From: Obrimoposthia wandeli
Taxonomy: Eukaryota
Direction of reading: 5' to 3'
Assembly: GCA_977020255.1 (NCBI GenBank)
Contig: CDROCS010005585.1
Span: 124,001 to 188,000, forward strand
DNA length: 64,000 nucleotides
Made by a program: the position numbers and the translations under genes. Shown piece by piece: positions 54,201 through 64,000 of the stretch. Within the stretch, counting starts at the first letter, position 1; every line of letters begins with the position of its first letter. The notes under the pieces are model-generated. The model saw nothing but the letters and a program-made list of their open reading frames with translations, was not told the origin of the DNA and made no database searches.

Positions 54201-55516
54201 AAAGACTGTTAGATTAAGGAAAACTGAAATGAGATAAATAATTATTATTATTTTTACTTGAAATTTAGCCTTAGAACATCAAATGTCGAAATAAAATGTA
54301 AAAAATAAAAGATTTTAAATAATATGTGGAATTAAGTAAATTAGGACCTTGAAGAGGTCATGAAAGAAATATGTATATAATAAGTAGAACAATTTTGTCC
54401 CAAAACTGTCTTTAAAACTGAAAATTATTCTATTTAGAAAGTTCTTCTATTATTTTTATTGGTTTTCAATTTTGGAGAACAGTGGTTGTTTTTGAGTAAT
54501 AAATCGAAAATTTACTTTATATTTCAGTTTAGTTTTAATTTAGACTAAGGTATCTGATAACAACTCTAATTTGAAAATATATTTTTACTGTTGGTTAATA
54601 TTATCAATTATTAATATTATCAAATTATCTTAAATTTTACATTATTCTTCGTTGTAATACATTAAAAATAAATAATCAATTTTTAATAGATTATGTGTCA
54701 GTATATTGGAATAAAAATGATTTTTTATGTTAAATATAATCTAATTTATTGTATCATCGTTTTACTGAAATTAATTTTGTTAAAATTCAATGGATACTTT
54801 GATCTTTAAAACTTACTGAAATGTATAATATTAATATAAAATTTCGAGTCAACGTTGAATTTTTAATTGAAATGAAATTCATTATTGTTTTAAATTTCAA
54901 ATTTTCTGGTTTACAATGAAAAGTTAAGTTAAAGAGTCTATTTTGTATTTTCTTATATTAAGTGATCAAATTATCTAAAAACAATTATGTAATAACGTTA
55001 TTTAGATAATTTTACAATAATAGTCAAACATGTTGCTTTTCAGAGATACTCTGCCTTATTTGATTACGAAAATTAAAGTCGTAGTATTAGTACATTAGTT
55101 TACCTGACAGTTATTAAATATAAAAGTGCAAAAAATTATTGACATTTGAAAATAAACTTGCATCGATTTTTTAATTTGAAAATGAAGGCTAATTTCTAAC
55201 GACTAGTAACGACTATCATTACGAATAAAGATAGCGATAAAATAATGGAAATTAAAATGATCGATAAGAAATGAATTATACAAGCAAATTATCTAAATAA
55301 AATTGATAAAAACTGAAATCGTCTTACTTTCGCTAAGCAAAATGTTCCCGGCCAAAGTTGTGTAAATACAAAAAACTCGAAGTCTTCTTCAATGGGTGCT
55401 GCACTGAGATAAGAAACGGCTACCAAAACACTGCAAAATAGGTGATGCAAGTTAATGTATAATCATTGCAATTTAATATTTGCATCGACTTACAGAGTCC
55501 ATAGTAAATATTGCAT
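40032..55516 (-). CDS. RNASET2: Ribonuclease T2 copy A, complete, 9 exons (55516-55494, 55430-55328, 53520-53471, 52085-52013, 51962-51895, 48015-47902, 46465-46417, 43538-43467, 40253-40032), 774 nt = 257 aa + TGA, secreted
   Basis: All introns are GT-AG with compatible phases. Signal peptide MQYLLWTLVLVAVSYLSA, FTQLWPGTFC, CAS I WNIHGLWP, CAS II FWKNEWKKHGSC, IEFC, 8 Cys, one N-Q-S sequon. Confidence 0.93.
41636..41863 (-). mobile_element. Helix-turn-helix fragment, probably from a DNA transposase
   Basis: TLGEIAHNLEISPRTANRILKSRTRRKR in an isolated intronic ORF. Confidence 0.4.
42231..42268. repeat. (TA)19 microsatellite
   Basis: Directly visible. Confidence 0.97.
43467..43538 (-). CDS. 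RNASET2: RNase T2-A exon 8
   Basis: atttctag|GGC TCC...TTC GAG|gtgagt; GSQVQNALRKKLQFAPTLHCMKFE. Confidence 0.9.
44100..46290 (+). mobile_element. Ty3/gypsy retrotransposon remnant (gag-like, RT, RNase H, integrase Zn finger) in RNase T2-A intron 7
   Basis: MDLGSAYYQV (45161), APSTFQKLM, YQDD (45316), CKF...FLGYII, LRSFLGL, VIAYGS, LHKHLCHAGLKK; many stops. Confidence 0.85.
46417..46465 (-). CDS. RNASET2: RNase T2-A exon 7
   Basis: ctcatttaag|A CTT TTC...TAT ACG|gtaatt; LFRDANIVPDNSRMYT (family L..xI.P...Y pattern). Confidence 0.85.
47902..48015 (-). CDS. RNASET2: RNase T2-A exon 6 (CAS II)
   Basis: ttattcag|G AAA AAT GAA TGG AAA AAG CAT GGA AGT TGT...AAT CA|gtaaga; 114 nt. Confidence 0.93.
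50420..51000 (-). mobile_element. Degenerate LTR-retrotransposon protease/RT remnant
   Basis: SLDTGA aspartic-protease motif near 50860 and a weak FSMDFKS segment. Confidence 0.4.
51895..51962 (-). CDS. RNASET2: RNase T2-A exon 5
   Basis: catttag|CCC ATC...TTT TG|gttagt; PIYNTLQIEWANLFKYTAPEEFW; preceded by a 50-nt intron. Confidence 0.88.
52013..52085 (-). CDS. RNASET2: RNase T2-A exon 4
   Basis: attacag|G CCA...CTG AAG|gtattt; PSNFRGKSPENCRNGPAFDVNKLK. Confidence 0.9.
53471..53520 (-). CDS. RNASET2: RNase T2-A exon 3 (CAS I)
   Basis: ttttacag|AGA TGC...CTT TG|gtgagt; RCHFPASVTGWNIHGLW. Confidence 0.92.
53734..53903. repeat. Dispersed repeat family 2, copy b
   Basis: Matches 16949-17110 in the same orientation. 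Confidence 0.75.
55328..55430 (-). CDS. RNASET2: RNase T2-A exon 2
   Basis: ttttgcag|T GTT TTG...GCG AAA|gtaaga; VLVAVSYLSAAPIEEDFEFFVFTQLWPGTFCLAK. Confidence 0.9.
55494..55516 (-). CDS. RNASET2: RNase T2-A exon 1 (MQYLLWTL)
   Basis: ATG...ACT CT|gtaagt; 63-nt intron; phase 2 matches exon 2. Confidence 0.75.
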
Positions 55517-56639
55517 CGATATACAGTGCGGCAAAGTAATGTTTAAAAAGTGAATAGATATACAACATTAACATCAATATCTTTTTAGAACTTATTTATA
55601 CAACAAAGCTAATCTAAATGAATTCTAATTTGACACGTGACATAAGCATTGGTCATGTTTTGCGATTTATATTTTGACCTTTATTTCTACTTTGTTTTTA
55701 CGGCATGTTCAACTACCACGATTTGCGTTGATGTGTAGAATTTTAGATTAAAGTCATTCGATACTGAATTATCTATATATTGAATTGTGCATTTAATGAT
55801 GTTATATTGTTCTACTTTTACTAAATATATGTTGAAGTTCTAGAGAGAATTTGATTAAGCAACGTTTAATCACAAGTAGAATAATCAGAGGAAAATACAA
55901 AACTTGTTACTCGAATATTGTATTGATTATCGGATTTAATTGTTTAAGAATGTTATTCACGACTACAGGAATAATTCTAAATTTCACAAAAAATGAAAAT
56001 CGTCATTATATTTCAATTAAATCGGCGCAATTGTTCATCTAACCTTTCAAGTCTTCCCTTCTTCAACTCATTTTTAGATCAAAGATTCCATTTAGAAAAG
56101 TACACCAATTTTATTTAATAAGACAAATACACCAACAGTATAGACAATTATTGAGTTTATATTTCTCAAATTAAAATTTTTCTTTCTCCAATTTAATTTC
56201 AGTAAACATAGAAGACGTTTATTTATACACTAAAATATTTACAAAAAAATCTTATTGTTGGGTAATTAAAAATAATTAGTTAATTACGATCAGTGAAGCC
56301 TCATATGGGAAAAATAGCTAAATATTTACCTGAATACCAGCGTTCTCAGTTGCCACTTGCCATTTAAGACATTATTTTTGACGCCATCCGCTGCTGTTGT
56401 TATTCGGGTAGAGGGTCGAATCCTGTCTCTCCTGATCCCGTTTTAGAGAGAGAGTGCCTGTACTGATTCCAGGCTAATGTCAGCTCAAACCTCTAAGGCC
56501 ATATTGCTCTGCACCTGAGAAAGACTTGTTCGTTTCAAAAGTGTTTTAGCCACACCTTTCGATCAGCTGTTCAACAGTTTATCTCTGACCTCTCTTTTTC
56601 ATAAATTGACTTAGTCTTGTCATAACAAATAGGACTTTT

Positions 56640-57000
56640 TCTCTAGGTACTCTTGAATCCGGTTTAAGCAACGTTAAACAGCCTCCGTTGGTCCTATGAG
56701 GCGTTTGCATGCCTCACGCTGCCACAGTTTTGTCCACTCGTTTCCAATGTCTTCACATACAGGTCAACACAATCGTTCTTCCTTGACTATTGATCTTTCC
56801 CAGTCAGTCATACACATTCTTGAGCAAGTTGTTTCTTGTGTTGTATCCGAATGTCGAGAGACTCTGGATGATGCCCTTACTGTATGTTTATATCTTTACA
56901 TTTTTTCACTCGTCCCTGTGCTCCACTAGTCATCTCATTACTAGACACAAAACCACCATATCCACCTGATATAACGAACAGTATCTTACAATCGCAATGT
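56640..57000 (-). mobile_element. Possible 3' fragment of a non-LTR (RTE-like) retrotransposon
   Basis: GC-richer block with weak RTE-type C-terminal resemblance; no clean motif. Confidence 0.3.
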
Positions 57001-58728
57001 CGAGCTCAACTAGCCTAATGTGTCAACCCACTTCACTTTTCATCATGACAATTCGTCCTTATCTCTTATGCAGATCGATCTGTATGATGCAGGCCTAGGT
57101 AATTTTTAGTGTTGTCTTGCCAAGGCTATTAATTGCTACTACCGATGCTGTTGTCTCAGGATGCGACCTCTGTGTTTGGCAGCCTCGGGCAGTTGACCCA
57201 AACAAAAAGGACCTACTTCTGCTATTTGAATTACCGTTACAGCTGCTGTGATCAGACTTCCACATTAAAAAACAAGAAATAGAAAGTAAATGTCACGATA
57301 TCATGGTAGTTAATAAATAATAAAGACTTGGAAACGAACAATCAAATATTGAATTATAATATGAACTCTACCATATGACATATATAATCTAATATAACAA
57401 ATAAATTATAACCAAAATCAGCTCTTCTACTGCACATTAGCACAATTGTATTCTCATGGGTTATAATTCCAAACTAACTCTTCATTTTATGATCCTTTAT
57501 TAATACTTCTTGATGGAATACATTTGCTGTTTGGCAATAGAGATACATGACTGTTAATGTATTCAGTTAAAAATAAATACCCAATAATGGATTTATAAGA
57601 ATGTCAAAAAGTTAATTCAAATTATATCGATACAAGTTAGAATGCTGGTAAGGAACGATCAACTTGTAATCGGAACGTTATTTCAATACTGATGGATGTC
57701 CGATGCAAGATTTCAACTGGACGAATCAAAAGAAATTAAAATAATGCTGAAGGGTGTTTTTGGAAACAAGGAAATCCACAAAATGGGGTTTTTTGTTGTT
57801 GCTGTTATCGCGAAATTGAAAAATAAATTTAGTGTATCTTTAATTCTTTTTCTGTATTCCTCATAAATAAAGTTAATTAAAATATATAATACGGCTATGC
57901 TAAACATATTTCATAACAATAATTAGAAACGTTATTTTGTATACAATACACAAAAATTCAAAAATACTACTATATTTCTTCTCGTGTTATCACTTACGAT
58001 TCAAAGAAAGAAAATTAAATTATTTAACGGTGTCTGTTATTAGTTATATATTTTTAAAATTACTTTTCGTAACAAATATTAACTTTAATTTTTCTCCTAT
58101 TAAGAATTTTTTTTAAAATAATTCCATTTCGTCAGGAAATACATCTATATACATCAAAAAAATGATTTAACATATCTATAGAACAGTATATTTATATATA
58201 ATAATTAATTATTAGGTGCAATCTGTTACAAAACATAAAATTGTTTCTAAAAGACTCCAAATCATTCAAATGTGAACCTAGTATTTCAGATTAATGTTTA
58301 AAAATAAAAAGATATATTACTAAATAATTTAATTGCTTCTGATTTATTTTTAAAGGTTCTCTAGACATCGGTATTTCTTCATTTGTATCCTAAAAAATGA
58401 TGTGTTAATTTAGTTAAATAAGAATAAAAGTATTAAAATGCTCTTTTTGACACAAAATTAAAAAATAAGGTTTTGTAAGTGTATTAAAAATATTTTTATT
58501 GTAATCTGGATGCAAAACAATCTGTAAAAAAAGTGTTTTATTTTGATTACAAATATACCTTTTTGTTTTATCTTGTCAAAAATTTTAGTTAATTAGTTTT
58601 TGATATCACATAAAGTGAGAATTGGGTACTCCCTTAATACAATGAAACATACAATTAGAATTAATTTTTCACAATAGAAAGCGGTTTACAATAGTTTTTG
58701 TTTCCTTGAAATCACAAATGGGTCACTA

Positions 58729-58929
58729 CTAAAGAGAGAGAATAAAGTCCTGGTTGTCGCAGACACTGTATTTGGCTTGATCCACAAAAACCGAGCCTGG
58801 GTAGCTCCTATCACCGTTGCCATGACGACGATGACCATGGTGACGAGAACTTTTGTGTTGATGCGGACAATTCTGGATCTGAAGAGACATGCCAACACAG
58901 AACTCCATGGCTAGCAAGTGCCTCCGACC
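58729..58929 (-). CDS. RNASET2: RNase T2-B last exon
   Basis: gtgtccag|GGT CGG; EFC..xC..C pattern and KYSV.C..FIL shared with copy A. Confidence 0.87.
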   Translation of the reverse strand, partial: GRRHLLAMEFCVGMSLQIQNCPHQHKSSRHHGHRRHGNGDRSYPGSVFVDQAKYSVCDNQDFILSL

Positions 58930-61900
58930 CTGGACACGAGTCAAGGTCAAGAGCAGGACACACCTTGTTATTTTAACCGTTCATAGAAGAATGCTGTGAG
59001 TCATCATTTTCAACAACTCATCTAGTATGCTAAATATACTTAAACTAACCAAATCAAGGCATATGATAAAAATATGTGGAACTAAACTCAGTGCAAACAA
59101 CATGTCTGTTTGAACAGCTCTATAGAGTAAACTTACTGAAACCGTTTTCTTAATTGATTCTTCCCAATAGGCTGAACACCTGTCTACCTTGACCCTTTAA
59201 CATTTTTATTGAATTTTACTTTTAAATTTAACTGTAAGTTGATTATTTTTAATATTTATAAAGATATATATGGTATTGAAACGTTTATCGTTAAAATATC
59301 TTATAGTATTTTAAGTGTTACAAAATTTTTAAAATAAGATTTTTCATTTAATTTTTTCTCTTTTAAATATCTCAAATGTCAGCAAAAAGGAAATACTTCG
59401 AGAAAAATTGATTTGAAAGACTCAGAGCCATTGAATATTTAAAGAAGAGTATCTCTAAAAGATACAAAGCTCAAAAATATGAAACTACTCTTGAAACAGT
59501 ATTCAATAGAAAAATGTAAACGGTTTATATTATGAAAAGGCTTTCAAACACGAACCAATTAAAAATAGCATACTATGGAGACTAACCGGAAGTTATTCTA
59601 TATTAGTTGGACGTATTATATTTTAATATCTGAACAAATAACACAACTGAAAGGATTAAAAATACTGAAATTGGATAATTTCAAAGCATTAAATTGATGG
59701 AGAAAATATTTATTTCACACCTCTATCTGGAGAGCGCTCAGCTTGATAAACAAGTTGTACGGAACTGGAACTCCATTAAGGCAAGAATATTCGACAAAAA
59801 TTCGAAATTTAGAAGAGACTGAATTATTTAAGTGCGAGCTTCTCCAAATAGTCTAGTACTAAAGGGATAAGAAGCCAAAGGGGAATTGTTATCAAAACAA
59901 TGTTTAAAATGTTTCTTTCTTTTATCAGCTAACAAAATAAAATTTAAACCATTTTCTTTTTCATTTTAAGCAAAACCTTTACAGACTGAACACCTGCATA
60001 CATTAAAAACTTTTAGTTTCAACCAAGTGATTTCATTCAAAATATTTCTTGACATCATTTTTATTACGTTTTTGCATTCAATTAAGCAAATGTAGTACAA
60101 AAACAAAGTTTTCGAAAATTGTAACTTAGTCTTCCTTAGTACACCAGATTTGTCATACTAAGTCTGACTGACGTAATTTACCCAGGCTTTCCGGAATTAA
60201 TTATCTCTGTCGCGATTAATCAGACGCTCAGAAAATCTGGTAGCAGTGCAACTGAGGATCTTTCATTTTGACAGTGGTACAAATAGCTATAAAATATGTG
60301 TATCTAATCCCATAAATATGTTTACATTTCAAATAGTTTAAATTCATTTTTTACGACAGACAAGTGTTTCAAAACAATTGCTTTACATTTGAAGGTTAAA
60401 GTTAATTCACTATTTGTTTGTGTATCTTAAAAATGTTTTCTTATAGTGTGAACGTGTCTTCAGCATACCAAACAACTAATTAAAAGAATGAGAATATTAA
60501 TAGTGTTGATACAAAATATTCATTTTCTATTTGTGGTATAATCGATAGGTATTTGGGGGAAATCATCGTCACGAGAATGTATCCTGTTTACAAATGACCA
60601 ATTTTCATACCATAATTTTATCGATTTATCTGACTACTGCATATATAATAAGACATAACTTTGATCACTATACAACATTTTCAAATTTATACTGCGTTTA
60701 AAAACAATATTTCTACTTACATTTTTATGTGAAACCTTCAAGTTTACATCAGAATTACTTGAAATTAAAATATGTTTGATATAATATGCGTTAAATGTAT
60801 ATTGAAAGACAAATTTCATTGAGGTTTTGTTTAACTATATTAATAAAAAGAATTATTCATTTTAAAACATTAACTTGTCGCTAAAGTTGATGTCTATAAC
60901 ATATTACAAAATAAATATGTAATCTTTCGTGAAGTGTTTTCTTTTTTGAAATTTATTTTCATGTATTTTTAATATTATCAATAATTATTCTAAAAACTAG
61001 GGTCTTTAAAAATTATCTTCTTTAATAAATCTAACATTGATTGTTTGTGAACTTTTCAAAATTAGATTGTTTAATCTTTACATCGTTCGATTGTTTCAAT
61101 GTAATATTTTTATTGTAATTATTGTTTTAGTTCTATATCAACATCTTGTGTATTACCTAATAATCATTATAATTCTGCTCGTGTAATGGAATTGCAATGG
61201 ATGATTAGATTTTTAAAAAGTGTTCAGCGTATTATAAGCTTTTGTGTATAATTATTGCAGCAGGAAAGTGGTTAAGGAAACTAATATTTAAACATTTCCA
61301 AACAGATTTCTTTTACTAACTGGAACATATTTCTTCTTGCCTATTCTAACAGATGAAATATTTCTTTTTACCTATTTACAAAACGTTGATTTTGTATTTT
61401 ATTCATTTTAACTTTACGTTCACGCTTTTTCGGATCTTTACTTGAATATTTGGAGCAATAAGAATTATTTTAACCGTAAAAGGATTATTTTTATAAATGT
61501 TGATATAATATTTGAAAATTTTCCTTCCATCCTTTTTCCAAATTTCCAATATTTCTTCATGCTGTATACTTATATTTTAAAACGCCCTTCTTCCTGTAAA
61601 CGTTTATTATTAAACAAACTTTGTAAAGCACATAAAGATAGCTTTTAGAAACGACTTTAACATGTAAATATATTAGTATTTATAACTTTAACGGAAGATT
61701 TCTACAAAATATAGTTTAACTTTATTAAATCTATTATAAATTTCAATTTAATTTTAAAAGTATTATTTTGTAATGTTTAATATGAAAAATCATATTTCTT
61801 CTTTCAACTACAAACTTGACAACGAATCACCATTATAATTCTTTTCATTAACAACTGACCAATCCTTGACATACAATTATATTTATTCACATAAACTCTA

Positions 61901-63767
61901 ATTTCCTAAACATTCTGACTGAAAACTGTTCAAATAACAACCACCCAAATTGCACAATACAAAACTTGACTCTAATTAGCCATTTCATAAATTTCAAATT
62001 AATTGCTCATCAACAAATGGAGTTCTTTTTGGGCGTCATATTTAAACTTTGACTTCGACAAAGATGTTTATCGTATACAGAGTTAACCTGAAAATAGTAT
62101 GCGATATATTACAAATTGTAATTGACACTATCTAAAACGATTCATGTGCCACTTTCTGTGATGAAATAATTGGAAGTGAGGGAGTGACAATAACACAATT
62201 AATATAAATCAACATACGAGTCTGTTCATGGTGGTAATCATCTGAGCTTCATAACTGAATATTATCCCCATGACACCGAACCGCCATGTTGATAATCTTC
62301 CCCACAAAGTTGCACGCAATTAATAATGTATTCATAATTCACACAAAGCCGACGGCAAACAATTGATGTGTGTTTTTCAAGACAATACTTGAATTCATTT
62401 ATAGGGAAAGTTTTGGAAGCTGGAAAATAGCTCTGCTCTGTGTAACCTCACACGCACATGAATATTTGGACTACAAATACTATTTTTTGAAATATTATAT
62501 ATACCATATTTGCTCTACTAAAACCCGATGTCTAGTGACCCCGAGTGTCCCATAAAATGTATCTCCACGCCAAGAACAACTATAATTTGCAATGTGCTAT
62601 TTACAAGCACAAGGCGTAAGCAGTATTTACATTAAATAAATCACAAGCATTTAAAGGTAGTGTGGTAAATTAGATTTTTATGAATTCAAAGCTTGTGAAT
62701 CATATGATTATGGTAGCATAACCACACTATAAAAACAGTTCACTTTTTTTACTATCAGTGACTGAAAATTTCTGATTAATCGTTTTTCTTTAATTTCAAC
62801 ACACATAAACGTCAAATATAATAAGTAGGTTTATTTTAAAGTTAACCAAATTGAAGTTCGCATAATATTACACTTTTTTATCGACGTATTTTTGAGTAAA
62901 CAACATATATTAAAATGAATTTAGATTATAAATGAAAGAAGTGTAAGAACAATAAATTATGGTCTAGTTATGATAAGATAGCTGACAAATATATAAAGAT
63001 GTTTTACCCAACAATGGATGTAATTAAGCTTATTTTGTCAAATTATGTTAGTTCATATCGTATTCTTGGTTGAGCACATTGGAATTTTTGTAAAACATTT
63101 TAAAATTACATAACAGTAAAATATAAAGTAAAATTACTTCATTTATACAATTTTGATGCAAATATTTTAAAGAAATAAAGTGCGATAGAAAAATAAAACC
63201 TATATAAAGGGATTAAACTTTCTATTGTAATAACAAACATTTTCATTAAGCAAGAAATAATAGTAATAAAATATTTCACTAAATACAATACAAGGTTTAT
63301 ATCAATAACTTTAAACTATATTTTTTACATTTTTTTAGTTGAGTTTTCATTAAAATAAAAATGACTTTCATTAAAATAAAACCTAGATATTTTTAACAAC
63401 GTGCATTTAATATTTTGTCGACTTAATTTAGACTGAACATTTTTAAAATATTTTTAAAATAATTTGCGATTTACAGAACTATGGTTACACACAACAGTAC
63501 ATAGTTTTTGATTTTTATAGCCTAACTTTCTGTTTAAATTTTACACTGAGAATTATATTAATTTTAAACAAAATTATAAACTTTGAGAAAGCACCTAAAT
63601 AAAGGAGTACGACATTTTGTTGGTGGAATACCAATGAAATTATAATATTAAATACGTTTAAAATAGTTTAAAATAATTTTGATTTAAATACTTACATTTA
63701 TGAGGACACAGTGAAGTGTTGGTTCACTTGAGAATTTGGTCCGGAATATCTGTTTGATTTGCTGACC
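58729..63767 (-). CDS. RNASET2: Ribonuclease T2 copy B (tandem paralog), 5'-partial; last two exons 63767-63696 and 58929-58729
   Basis: 72-nt phase 0-0 exon GQQIKQIFRTKFSSEPTLHCVLIN (catttcag|...|gtaagt) matches A exon 8 (PTLHC). Last exon GRRHLLAMEFCVGMSLQIQNC...KYSVCDNQDFILSL* matches A exon 9. Catalytic exons lie outside the window. Confidence 0.85.
63696..63767 (-). CDS. RNASET2: RNase T2-B penultimate exon
   Basis: Same length (72 nt), phase and PTLHC motif as copy A exon 8. Confidence 0.87.
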
Positions 63768-64000
63768 CTGAAATGTTGAAGACATTGCAACTATCATTAT
63801 GCACCTGTCGCGATAAAAACGAGATTTTAAGACTAATCTGTTTGTAGAAAAAATTATAAAAATTAAAATTGTTTTTATAGCTTTTATTGATAATTGAGCA
63901 AAAATATAAAGTAAAATATTAACGACAAAAAGTCCTTATTTTGTACATAACAGTTGTTTTGATGATATGAATGACGTTTAACACCAAATAACAAGTGACT

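Noticed and set aside
56395-56440. B-box-like GGTCGAATCC (and GGTTCGAAC near 2330) suggesting tRNA/SINE
   Set aside because: No cloverleaf or convincing A box.
60068-60157. LRKTKLQFSKTL, resembling RNase T2-A exon 8
   Set aside because: It has a poor acceptor and wrong Cys spacing; the true paralogous exon is at 63767-63696.
62000-62620. Decayed Cys-containing minus-strand frame (Helitron- or transposase-like)
   Set aside because: Many stops and no diagnostic motif.

Overview
Eukaryotic, very AT-rich, transposon-littered invertebrate DNA with spliceosomal GT-AG introns. There are no rRNA, tRNA or CRISPR features and no sign of a prokaryote-type system. Three protein genes could be spliced by hand. 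(1) A D2-like dopamine receptor (Dop2R/DRD2-type GPCR) on +, with 5 exons from 12831 to 24060 covering TM3 to the stop; the TM1-TM2 exon was not found and probably lies left of the window. (2) A complete 9-exon, 257-aa secreted ribonuclease T2 gene on - (55516 to 40032). (3) The last two exons of a second, diverged RNase T2 paralog directly upstream in tandem (63767-63696 and 58929-58729). The rest is mostly decayed mobile DNA: Polinton/Maverick capsid, protease and polB fragments, Ty3/gypsy, BEL/Pao, mariner/Tc1, pogo, piggyBac-like and Chapaev-like remnants, and MITEs. The most interesting observations are the tandem RNase T2 pair, a His-to-Asn change in the CAS II motif of the complete copy, and paralog-specific C-terminal loops (His/Arg-rich in copy B). 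I did not find convincing evidence of a wholly new biological system. All calls are manual, with no database searches.
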